Source: Macrostomum hystrix
Taxonomy: Eukaryota; Animalia; Platyhelminthes
Length of the DNA: 64,000 bases
Direction of reading: 5' to 3'
NCBI GenBank assembly: GCA_950097015.1
Contig: CATNEN010000007.1
Location: 9,796,001 to 9,860,000 of the forward strand
Numbering within the stretch: the stretch's first letter is position 1; the number at the start of each line of letters is the position of its first letter. Position numbers and translations under genes: made by a program. Positions 27,455-39,422 of the stretch are shown in pieces. Under the pieces are notes generated by a model, which searched no databases, was not told the origin of the DNA, and was given only the letters and a program-made list of their open reading frames with translations.

Positions 27455-28555
27455 TTAGCCGCCTCTGCGATCATCGGCATTTTCGCCTGACTGGCCCAGC
27501 GCAGCCTGCTGCCGAGCGACACTCCGACACACTGGAGCGGAGTTGCGCCATTCCGTGCCGCAGCTGTTGCAGGCGCGCCTGAATTCCGGCAGCGCCCGTC
27601 GCAGGCCAGAGTTGAAGGCCACAGTGATGCAGGGCACGGCAGCCGAGCTCACAAAGAAGCAATAGTAGAGCGTGAACTCCATGCCAGTGGACAGAACATT
27701 GTCAATCACCATTGGCAGCAAGCTGACGAACTGCACCAGGTTGCCCAGCACCAGACCCAGCAGGGGCCATCGGGTCTGCTCTAGGGAGCCGCGCTGCCTC
27801 TGTCGGCTTTGGCCAAGCGGCGCGGAGCGGGCGCGCATCAACAGCAGGGCGGCTGTTCCGGTGTAGGCGCCCAGTGACAGTAGGTAATTAGCCACGGACA
27901 CCAGCGCCTTGGTGACCGTGTTCACCCGGCTGTAGGTGGCCATCACTTCGCACGCAACCGTCTGCGATTCCGCGCCCAGCACTTTAAACCAACGCCAGGC
28001 TTGAAGGGAAAACTCAGCCATTGCCATGGCAACCAGGCCAACCGCGGTGATCAGTTGAACTGTGCGGCAGCTCCAGCGCGTGCTGGTGGGCTGCGCGATA
28101 GCCAGGAGCCGGTCCACAGCCAGCAGGCCATACACATAAATCTCGGCTCCGATGGCGAAGTCCCGCAGGCTGAGCACCAGTCGCAGCAGGGTCACCCGTC
28201 GTAGGTCGAAGCCGTTTTCTGTCTCTGCGTGCCAGTGGACGCTGACAAGCCGATGCCCAGAGGTTCGGTTATGATAGCCGACTCCGATGCGGAACAGCAG
28301 CATGAGCAACAGGACCGCCTCGATTAGCTCGCACCAGCTTAGCGCCACCGTCAGGAAGCGAAAGGTTCGCCGCTGGATTGCGCTCGGCCGACGGGCCAAC
28401 AGGCCAATGATGAAGCTATTGCCGACAAGGGCCACCACGCAGATTATGGCGTAGATGACAAAAAAGGTCGCGCCGGCGGCGACTCGGCCGCGGTACTGGT
28501 ACGCCGGACAGGCGTCCGGCTCCGCGGAGGTGTTGACCGCGGCAGAGAATGGCAT
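27455..28555 (-). CDS. Divergent rhodopsin-like (class A) GPCR, intronless, 366 aa
   Basis: About seven hydrophobic segments, N-glycosylation site NTS, TM1 VGN, TM3 LLAVDRLLAI. Confidence 0.8.
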   Translation of the reverse strand: MPFSAAVNTSAEPDACPAYQYRGRVAAGATFFVIYAIICVVALVGNSFIIGLLARRPSAIQRRTFRFLTVALSWCELIEAVLLLMLLFRIGVGYHNRTSGHRLVSVHWHAETENGFDLRRVTLLRLVLSLRDFAIGAEIYVYGLLAVDRLLAIAQPTSTRWSCRTVQLITAVGLVAMAMAEFSLQAWRWFKVLGAESQTVACEVMATYSRVNTVTKALVSVANYLLSLGAYTGTAALLLMRARSAPLGQSRQRQRGSLEQTRWPLLGLVLGNLVQFVSLLPMVIDNVLSTGMEFTLYYCFFVSSAAVPCITVAFNSGLRRALPEFRRACNSCGTEWRNSAPVCRSVARQQAALGQSGENADDRRGG

Positions 28556-31500
28556 TGCGGTACCAGCAACGTTGCGAAGTTATGCAGAGAGAGTTAGGGC
28601 TGAGGTTTTATACCTTTTATAAGTACAAATCTGTACACGTTTTGCCTTCCCTCCGATTCGGCCTGCCGCAAGTGGTTAACTATGTAGGTCTTTCGTAGAG
28701 GCTAAATGTCATGCACTTTTGCAGTCGTCTAAAGTCTGACAAGCATCGCGCAGCTCGCAGCGAAGGTAAAGGATGGGTTGCCCCCAGTGTGGATAGCTGA
28801 CTGGCCTTCCTACATGCAGATCCGCATGCACCGTTTTGTACCCTGCTTGAACACGTGCTTCGTTTCTCAATGCTGCAGTTAATGACCTCGCCACGGCGCC
28901 CTGTGCCCACGGCGCCCGGCGCAGTGTTTGTCTTTTTGAAGGCCGACTATAGTTCAGGGTTTCTGAAGCCGGAACACTGCACACACGATGAAACATTTCT
29001 GTGGACTGAATCTGTCTCTGAATCATACACACGCCCAGCTAACGAAGCCAGGGCAAGAGGAAAACTAGATTGCGGTACAGCTTTTAGTATATTTTCTGAT
29101 TTAATTGTTTAGGAGAGCGTGGGGACTTCAGCCTGAAATGCACGCGGCTCTGGTCGAGATGCCGGTCGCAAACTACTTTTCTTCTGTCGAGCAGCATATT
29201 TGAATAGATTTTGATGAAGGATTTCGATTTTGATACTCAGTATGCTCGCATGCCCCGAAAATGCACTACTCCATCTACGCCAGCATTTATACCAGACAGT
29301 CATGGAGCACTGTGTTAGACGGAAAGCCCCATTTTTTCTGGCACTTAAAGTTAAAGCAGCTTTCTTAGGTCTCATTGTAAATGTAAAGCCTCACTGTACG
29401 TCAACTGTTTAGCCAGTTTGTGGCCTGCAGCCAGCCTCTATAAGCTGTGTCCCCATTGTCCACATCCCTGTCTACCTACACACTGAGCACAAAGAAAAGG
29501 CTGAGTAGTGATGAGTGGCCTTTCACCTAGCCTGTTAAGCATGCTCAGCATTACTCATCCGGCCCTGAAACCCATGCAGGTTTCACGTGCTATTAAGAAA
29601 AAGCGTTTGCATTTAAACGTGCAAATATTCACCCTGCGCAAGGGTAATATTCAGCAGTGAAAACAATGCGTGAAACCCTAAGCATGCTAACTCAGTTACT
29701 GGTCAGGACTAACACTTAATGCGCTACTAGCTCATACTACTACAAGTATAGCACAACTGACATGAAACAATACTTCCGACAGTTTTCGAGCAATGGGAGA
29801 AGGTAATTGTCCGCTTTCTATAAGTATTCGAATTAAAAAAGAATACTGTTCTTGCACACAACGTTGCGATTAGATTATAAGTTTCCGAAATGGGGTTATT
29901 TCAGGCCTAACTATTACGAAGCATAATGGCGATAGCTTTTAAGCGCATGCTCATACTATACTATTTGCCGATTGCTTGCCGGTAGATCGCGTACTAATAT
30001 ATAATGCTATAATAATTATGAATGTCGACTGACCAGTGTTACTGCAGGCCATTTAAAAAATGACGCAGAAAGTACAAAATTATATTAAAGTATAGAAGCT
30101 AATCGAAGTCTACATTCTATGACGCTGAGTCTCTAGGGTTATACTTTGTCTTTGTTCTGCTTCTGCGGTCGAACACAGATTTCACAGTTCGAGGGTGTCT
30201 GGATTAAAAACAACTTAAAAATTGAATTTCAACAATGCTGCCAGCCATTGACGCAGTCAAACCGAATGTATATTTTATTTTATCTGGTGGTACGAGCATT
30301 GCTGTAGTTATATTTGTAACAAACCAACAATGTCAATTATAGGTAAAATAAATTGCAAAATGCAGATTTACACAGAACTGCAGCTTGTAGGTGTAGCACA
30401 ATGACACAAATGTTACTTGACAAAACTATTTCTAAGTTAGGCCTACACTGTAAGAAACTAGTTTAATACAAATATTATCAATACATTAACTACACAAAAT
30501 AGAAGTAAGTTCTAAAAAATAAAATAAAGTAGGGGCCTAATACAAATAAAGCTTCTGTACACTAAATACATTTATAGAAATAAAAATGTCAATAAATAAG
30601 CAACCGAAATTTTCCATTCACTGATTGACTTTCTACTAGCTTAGTGTAGTAAACAAATATTTTGTACATAGACCTTTTGCTGTAGTCAATTAAAATCATA
30701 GATATTACAGGCATAGAAGTTCAAAATTCATAGACTGATATAGGCCTAGTTGTTTTTTGAATTTGATATCAGTCGCTTAACCCGGAGAATAGGCCGAGCC
30801 TTAAACCGAACACATTGGGTCTCACACACGGTTTTGAACCGCATCTGTCTAACTTGACCTGCAAAAACTCACAAATGAATGTATGTCAGTTTAAAGGTAC
30901 GGCGAATTTTTTTTGTTCTATACACAGGTAAAGCACTTCTAAAGGAAATAAAAAGAAGCTAATGGATTATATTTATTAGGTATATATTGAAAACATAAAG
31001 TTTACATTTAGGTACCTTGGATACATTGACATGCACAAAAACTAGGACAGGTCGTTTAAGGAGGTATGATTTGTTCCAAGCAGGGCTGTGATACATGCCA
31101 CGTCGGTGTCACACAGCCTGCAGAAACAAGTGTAGCTCCAGTTTAGAAAGTTGAAGTATGGGCATGCAACATGTTGACGAATTATCTGCGTGAGCACAAA
31201 AGACAGGGTATTGAGCTGCGCCATATGCTGCATCTCACTACCCATGTCTTTCATGTCGACGAAGAAAATAATGAGACGTAAGAAAGCTTACTTACATTGC
31301 AGAACAAAGATGGAAGTATGCCAACGTTCGACGGCCACTAACGCACCACGTGACTAAGCGGGAGGGACTAAAATTCCGATGCACGCCGATAGGTTATGAA
31401 CACTTATTTTTGGAACGCAAGGGCAATGAAAACGGAACGAAGAAACATTAAAATCTTATTTTACGTACGACAATATATCTTTTTTAACAAATCAACTTAA

Positions 31501-32653
31501 ATTTATTTAAAAGTATTATTCTTTTGTCACTTCAATTATGTATTGAAAAAGAGTTAAGTTTTTTGTCACAATAATATTTTAAAAGTAACTCTAATGGTAA
31601 ATCAGACTTTACCACTTTAACGGTGTAATGATGTTATTATATTTTTTTGCTGATTTTTACGGTTTTATCTTTAAGGGATTCTACGTGAGGCAGCTGAAGC
31701 GTGAAGCAAATCGCTGTAGATGATCTTTTAATATTCAGATAAGCATTCTTTTCAAGTTTCTAATTGAGATATTTTATATTTCTGTTAACTTTTTGTATTT
31801 TCTCGACAAGTTATTCATTTTATTATGTTATTAAAATCTGTTTCCACAAACGCATTCAAAGCGAAATTTGGTCGATAACGTGAATATAAAGTTAGTACCT
31901 AGTACATAAGTTTGTGGTACGAAATTTCTGTTTTTTTTAAACGAAATATGGTGTCTTCACTAAATTACCATCTTACTAACTGCAAAACGTCAATAAGGAT
32001 TGCGTCACGTGGCTTTTAAAAGTCGACTATAGGATAGGTCTCTCCGACTAGCCACGCTGAATTGATTCGATCATTGCTGTTGACGTAGTTGAATTACTGA
32101 ATCTATATAATTACTGCATTATCAGATCCATCAGTCTCAGATTTCTATCGTTGAAGAGAAGTATGGAGCCAAAATGTAGAATTAAATTTGAAAGCAATAA
32201 TTAATCACTGGCTTACTAAGAAGCGCTAAAGAATTTAAAGAAAACAAGTTATATTATGTATTCAGATTTCCAATCTAGCATTTTGCATTTCGACATGACA
32301 GTTTAGACAACAAGCTAATTTTTGAAGGTTCTTCTTCCAGTTTATAAATCAGAAAGCAGAAGGGAGCGACAAAACGCTTCGATTTTAGTCCCTTGGTGTG
32401 TCAGCCTTCTTAAGTATTTGAATTCAAGTTCGGTACATAACAAGCCAGCTGCACAGAAACTCAACCGGTATGCCGATAACAATTAAACAATTAATAGCGA
32501 CGGAAAATATTTAGTGTACTGCTTAGTCTCTTGCTAGTTGGATAAGTGTCCCTTACAACAAAACTATGGATTGGATTGGATGGATTGGGGTACGAAGCTA
32601 TAAAAAGCGAAAAGCAAATAAACACTGAGGCACATGGCAGGCAGCTCGGATGC

Positions 32654-33058
32654 TCAACCGGCGCGTTGCTGTCCGCTGGCGGGTGGGTTCTCATCTAGGT
32701 TGATGCGGTCGCCAAACTTATCATAAAGGACCTTCTTCAGGTGGGCCATCTCGCCGCGCAGGCTAGTGGCACGCTCCTCGTGCTCGCGGCACTTCTGCTG
32801 CAGGTCGCGCTTTTTCCTCTCCAGGCGTTCGGATACCTCGCTGGTTGGCAAATGGACAAAGACCTCGCCAAGCATGTATGGATGCAGGCCGTCCTCTTCG
32901 TCTAGCAGCATCAGGTCATTCTCAGCGTCCTCTAGGTTCTGAAGCTCTTGCTTTGCCAATTCAACCACCTTGGACTCCTCTTTGAACTTTACGTTGGCCT
33001 TGGCGAAGCGGTTGATGTTGAGCTGGTCGCCCAGCGTCACAGTGGGGCCCTCAGAATC
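32654..33058 (-). CDS. PFDN4: Prefoldin subunit 4, main coding exon (start codon unresolved)
   Basis: VTLGDQLNINRFAK...LQNLEDAENDLML...YMLGEVF...LKKVLYDKFGDRINLDE. Preceded by branch point TACTAAC, a pyrimidine tract and CAG (33059-33061). Confidence 0.9.
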   Translation of the reverse strand, partial: DSEGPTVTLGDQLNINRFAKANVKFKEESKVVELAKQELQNLEDAENDLMLLDEEDGLHPYMLGEVFVHLPTSEVSERLERKKRDLQQKCREHEERATSLRGEMAHLKKVLYDKFGDRINLDENPPASGQQRAG

Positions 33059-34100
33059 CTGGAAGTTGCGAAAGCAAACCAAAGGAGTTAGTAAGAGGTC
33101 ATAGTATCTTGGCCTATAATGGGACATAATGAGGCTGATAATGATTGAGTACAAGCTAGAATTCGAGGTAGACACTGAGATCTACGAGTTGATGTTAGGC
33201 CTAGAGTATTAAGGACCAAGCTTCAGTCTATACTTCCGTGCCTGCAATAAAAAGCTCAGCTAACAAAAGAAAAAAAGTTAATCAAAAACTAAATTCAGTT
33301 TGCTCTGAATCAATAATGCGCGAAAGGAGGCGCATCGAGTAGGTAATTGTTGGAGCACGTGACCTCAGCAAATTTTATTCTGTACAGAGTGCCTTAATTA
33401 GCAGTAAATATTTTCATTAAATAAAAAACAATAGATTTCTAATTTGCACAGGATTAGGGAACCCACGAGCGAAAGCGAAAACGGCGAAAATAGAACAGCA
33501 ATCGGGCCAGAGCTCGAATCCGATGCAGAGAAGCAAATCGAGTTTACTGAATAAAACACTACAATTAGAACACATCGGCCTCAGAATCCAAAAGGGAAAA
33601 AGCTTTATTTCTCAAGCTGCCCCCAACACAATGCTCCGAGATTTCCAACTAAAATCTCAGACAAAGCAGAATAATACAAACGGCACATTGAAGACCAACA
33701 GAAAAGTAGAAGTAAACACACATTAAACCAGCAACGTTCGCCAGATCAGAAAGTTGACTGCACAAAATAGATTTAGTTGATTTACTGCTAAGGGCAGACC
33801 AACACCAATCTTGAGGATCCCACCCATAAAACACACGCATATATTATGATATTATGAAACATGGGACAAGAAGTCATAGACACGATTGACAAAGTCAATC
33901 GTGGAGGCCATCGAAATTCTAGCGAGAAAAAAAATTCGCCAGAAACATGAAAGCTAAAAGTGCGATGGAAAAATCTGCTTGCGCCAAAGAAAGAGAAGTC
34001 CAGTCAGTGAAGCCTGTTCCATCAGGAGAAGCGTTTGTTTGCAGAGAGGAACAAAGAAACTACTCCAGCAAATCCTCACACATCACATTAACAAAATGTG

Positions 34101-34616
34101 TCAGACAGCGACATCCTCATCTGTGCCCTCCGGGTGGTTGAGGACCCGCCTGTCGGTGATAAACAGCCACTTTTTCTGGTGATAAACCAGCTTTGTGAGG
34201 CCCTTCAGCATGACGAAGGCGAAGCAGCCCAGCAGAGTTCGCTGCAGATTGGAGTTGACCCGGCGAAACATCAGCTTGCCGATCACGGTGCTGACGGTAG
34301 GCAGGGCCAGGGCGCCGCAGAGGACTCGGGAAACGGACAATGGGTGAGCAGCCAGGCCGAACTCAACCGGCGGCTGCGCCAGTAGCGGCGCCGCAGGCTG
34401 CTGCGGCAGAGGCTGCTGTTGCTGGCGAGTCTGCGCCGAGCGGGACCGGTGGCCTAACAGTTTCGGCCAGTATGTGCGCACCAGACGAACCAGGGCCTCC
34501 TCCCAGCGGACCATTTTGGCGCCCACCAGTAAAACCGGGATGCAGGGCAGGCCCACCAGCAGCATCATGGGATCCATGCGCTCCATGAAGCGCAGACCGT
34601 CGCTGTGACCGAGGAC
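34101..34616 (-). CDS. MARCHF5: Mitochondrial E3 ubiquitin ligase MARCH5/MITOL, coding exon 2
   Basis: gcag|VLGHSDGLRFMERMDPMMLLVGLPCIPV...SRVLCGALALPTVSTVIG...NLQRTLLG. Confidence 0.9.
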   Translation of the reverse strand, partial: VLGHSDGLRFMERMDPMMLLVGLPCIPVLLVGAKMVRWEEALVRLVRTYWPKLLGHRSRSAQTRQQQQPLPQQPAAPLLAQPPVEFGLAAHPLSVSRVLCGALALPTVSTVIGKLMFRRVNSNLQRTLLGCFAFVMLKGLTKLVYHQKKWLFITDRRVLNHPEGTDEDVAV

Positions 34617-34768
34617 CTGCGATAGTGGAATCCAGGGGTCAGTTCTGATATAACTTTCAATTAGTTTCGCCTCACCTGCTTTTAGGAGCCTTTAGAACAG
34701 TTGTGGACCTCAATAGTGTAAATGTAATATATTTACATTATGTTTAAAAGTTTTAAAAGTCGCCTCAC

Positions 34769-35140
34769 CTGCATGACAGACACGGCTCCGTAGGTGACGG
34801 CAGTCCAGTAGACGGAGCCAACCAACACAATGCCGGCAAAAAAGGGGCAGATGTGCATCACCATCTGGTCCACCCGCTCCATTAAGTACAGAAGGGCATC
34901 CTTAGGCGGATAGAAGATCAAATACTCCGCATTGCAGGCGTTGCAGGCCACTGTCATGGAGGTGTTGCCGCGCTGCTTCTCGTCAACCCAGCGCTGCACG
35001 CAGTGCTGATGCACCCATTTGGTGTCGCCCCGGCAGCGGCATGGCCGAACCCACTCTGCCATTGGCTCGTCGCCATCATATGAATAGCAAACCCAGCAGC
35101 GGCGGCGCCGATCATCGGCTTCATCTAGTAAGTTCGGCAT
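34769..35140 (-). CDS. MARCHF5: MARCH5/MITOL, coding exon 1 (RING-CH domain); spliced product about 295 aa
   Basis: RCWVCY...WVRPCRCRGDTKWVHQHCVQRWVDEKQRGN...YWTAVTYGAVSVMQ|gtgag. Confidence 0.92.
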
Positions 35141-38100
35141 CGATTTGTTAAAGCTCTGGAATGACCATGCTATTCTAGATGATGAGCCCCAAGATTTCAC
35201 AATCAAATTATTGTATAGCAGAAACCACTTATATTAGAAATATTTAATAGTGCTCAATTAACAGAAATTTAACTACAGTTTAGAACAAAGGATGTGTCAA
35301 ACAGATATTTATATATTTAAACATACTGCTTTAGATAATAGACTTATCCTTCATATAACTAATAATCTGAAAGTGTAGTAATTTCCATTTTCGAAAAGAC
35401 AAGCTAGAAAATTTGTGTTAAACTAGCTACTGTATATTGCTTCTTCAATTGCAATATTCTGACCACTATGATCAGAAAACATTTCAGGAACAATTACAAT
35501 TATATACATATCCTATGATTCAAAACTATGTGGATGGTCTTAAACTAACTTTTTGGTATGATAAGTTTTGATGGTAAGGAGTTGAATACAAAGGGTAGCA
35601 CAAATTTGCAGTAGAATTGAAAAAATGAAGATGTAATATAATCAGTATAAAATTTAAAGACTTACTACAAAATGCTCAAAAATTATGTGCTCACAAAATT
35701 TTTAAAGGTTTGCAACATTTTTTATTAACTTAAGTTGTTTTAATTCTTTTTTACTTAGCAAGGGATACTACCAATATTATTCTTAGTTATATTACTATGA
35801 GCAGTGAGCAGTGCAGCATAATTGTTATTGACAAGTATATTAGTTATTAAAAAAACTAAATTTATTAAACCCAACAACATTAATTTGAAATGAGACTAAT
35901 GGTCTTGCCCCATTTGACTATAAAAATTTAGTTCAAAATATATGCTTCCTACAAATTTACTTTCTTGGGTAGCTGTAATTAACCCTATTATGTTTTATTA
36001 ATATTTTTTTCTATCCATATTTTCTATTGATTCAAATATATTGGCTTGACTTGTGCCTACAAGGCTTAAAAGCTCAACTCTAATATAAGCAAAGAAATAA
36101 AATACAATTGAAAAAATGCTGTCTACAATTTTTTGCCTAGTTAGGCCTATTATTTGTAATTATACTCTTTTTAAGCCTACTATTTGAGCATTCATTACTT
36201 GAAAAAAGTGAGTCACTGAGTTAGTCAACTTTATTTTAATGAATTCATAGAATCTTGGCATAAAAAACAAATAGGCCCATAGCCCTTGCTATAGGCTGAT
36301 AAGCCCTTACTCAGACAAAAAAAAGAAAGAAGCCAAATTCATACTGTATTAGGCCTACTATTAGTTTAAATAAGAAAAGTGTCAAACTAGTGTTTTTAGT
36401 AAGAAAACATTTGTAATCTAGTCTATTGGATTAATTACTAGGCCTAGGCCTTTTTAGCTAAAAAAACTATAATAAATTTATTGAATGAATAATGAATGTG
36501 AAAACTAAAAATTAGTTTGTCTAGTCCTCATGGCTTCATGTTTAAAAAGCAACAAATTTAGCTTCTTCTAGGTAGAGTAGAGATGTAAGATAGAGACCAC
36601 TTAAGAAAATATAAATTAATTTATTAATATGAAGGGTTCTTAAATTAAAATCAAAATCAGTTAGAATATAAAAACTGCTGTCAGACAAATGATGATAATG
36701 ATTAACTTGCTTTTCTTCACAATTTAAAATTTTATTTATGTACATACACAAGTAAAGAAGGACTATCAAAAGTGACTTAAAAATAAAACAATTGCTTCAA
36801 GAGTTCAAGTAGGCCTATCTCAGTGTATTTTAATTTTTACTAAGCTGATTACAAGAAAAGCACTATATTAAAATAGAATTAGCCAATCCTCTGTTCCATA
36901 AATAGGCCAATTTTTATGCTAAATTCGTCAGATTATTAATTTCTTTACATCTTAATTTGAGGTAAAATTTTAGGTTAGGCCTAGCTTTGTGGGCCTTAAA
37001 AGTAGTGACTTAATTACTATGCGCTTATACTATATTTTTCATTTATCGCTGCGATCAGCATTCAAAAGTGATAGCTTGCTTTTAGTGACTTGTAAGTAGT
37101 ACTTTACTTGTCTTGAAAATTATTTGTGTTCTTTGTCCGAAAAAATTGTGTTTTCTGAAAAAAAATCGACATGCTTTCTTTTTATTTCTGGTGTTGTTAT
37201 ATTATTTTTTAATTTAGCTGTTTCAAGTTTTCGTATAAAGTTTACAGTACGAGTAAACTATCTCACCACCTCAACTGACAAGTCAGTCTGTGGTCTGAGT
37301 CTGCCTCGACAGCCTGTAGGCATAAGAAAACTCATGTCATGTCTTAAAAAATGACACTCAAAAATTTGTATTTTTAGGCATAGCCGGAAGTGGGTAGCGG
37401 TCTCCTCCCTAATCGGCTGACGAAACTATGTGGCGCCCTCCTTTTAGTGGCATTCCCTCCTCATAGTGGCGCCTCCCTAGTAGTGCACGTGGCGCCCCTA
37501 TTCTCGTAGTTAAGGAAAACCCTGATGCCCCCAGAGATGCGGCCCCCTAGAAAAAATCCTGGATACGCCACTGCTCAGATGTACATGTATACATAAACTC
37601 TTTTCTAAATACGTTTTTCCGAGTAGTTTACAAAACGATGAAGTCGGATGAGATCCCTGCATGTAATCGGGTCCCCACGTTGCTACTAGCTGTTGCTAAG
37701 GCATAATACAGAGCAAAGTAGGCTAATTTAGTCTACATTTCCAAAGGAACATGTAAATAAAATTATCACCTTGGGTTGCGATCAACGAATCAGGAAATAT
37801 TAATTTAGTAATTTGCAGTAAAGCAATAACACGCGTTAATCATGTCCTGTGGGCTCGCGTCGTTTTCGGCCCGCGCCGAAAGTAGTAAATATGCGTACTC
37901 GCAGATGAGTTTAAGCGAGAATTGCAAAATTAATACTACTATAGACTAGTGAAATTAATTATTGAATGGGCTAATTAAGTATGTCAGCTAGGACAACAAC
38001 TGCATGGGTCCCAGTTGCCAAAGAAGTTAGGCATACTTTATGATGATGAGCGAGCTAACTATAGTATTTACGGGTTGATAAAAAATGTTGCTATTGCACT

Positions 38101-39422
38101 ATAGTTTTATTCATACATCCCAATACAGGAATTTGCACTGCGCCTCAGTGTGCCTCAGCTCCGTCAGATAAAGGTCGGTGACCACTGAAGTCAGAGATGA
38201 TGCAGGCGCATTCGGGTGACGTGCTGATAAAGTTTGAAGGCATGGTAATGCCGCCCTGAGGCGCATTGCAAATTCATGAATGGGCCGGTGTTTGAAATAC
38301 ACTAGCTCTTATGGGAAAAATCCGATCTTCGGCCAGAATCGTTCAATATCTCGACGGTCTAAAATGCGGGAGACTTTGGGTGCAGCAAAAATAGTTGTCA
38401 CAGGGGGTCCCCCCTCGGTAGTTCCGCTGTTAAAATGGTAGCTAACTTATTTCTCTGTAGAACACGTACAGTGAAATATTGAAGGAGTTTTTTATTCAAA
38501 CTGCTAAGCTTTTTAAGCTTCTAAGCAGTTGCAGAACAATTTCAAGAAAAGCGAGGAAAAAACTGCAGGGTGTCTTTGTCGTTGTAGCGCGCGACACCTG
38601 CAACCTTCACAAACTACTGCCTAGCACGACATCTGTCGCACATGCATTGTTTAAAGCATGAAAACTGAGTTTTCTAGTGAGTCCGCGCGTATACTGACTC
38701 GGGCCTAAATCACACTGGATGTTGATATTATAGGCAGAGCTGAGAGATGATGAGAAAAAGGATATGTGCAGCAACTATTCTGAATGTGGAGGGCAGCCAG
38801 TAGAGGTGTGTGTCATACTTCCTGATGTCATTTGGGACGCGCAGAGAGCGCACATTGGCTAGAGGTTTTAGTAGCTGCATGCCGTTCACAGGGGTACAGG
38901 ACCGCCTCTTGTTTGCGGACTGTGCATGTGCGGAATCAGCCGATGTAGCAGCTGAGTCGGAAGGCACAATGCAACTGCTGCTGCAATGAGCTACCGCACT
39001 GCTCTGGTGTGGCTGCACTGATCTACTCTCATGCATTGGGAGAGAGACTGCAGTGTGTATTTCTGTATCTTTTTTCCTGTAACCCCAGCTTTCTCTCACC
39101 TGATGCGTTTGCCTGAGTAGGGAAGGCCGCATCCCTCATACCACCCGCAGCCCAAACATTTTCGTGTTTGCGTGTCTCCTTTTCAACCCCCCAGGTGGAA
39201 CCCCTCTGCGGAAGCACTCCCCGCGCCTGCATCCGCGGCTTCGCCAATTGGGGCTTCTGGCGGCCTCCTGCTATACCAATCCCGGCTCTAGTAGCCCTGT
39301 ACCAAGCTGACAAGCTCAGCCAGGCCGATTCTCCAGGTATTAGGCAGCCGAGATGACGCTGGAGCTGCATTGTCCAACCACCCATTTCACCAAATAAGCC
39401 TCATTGCTTTCCTTCAAATGCA

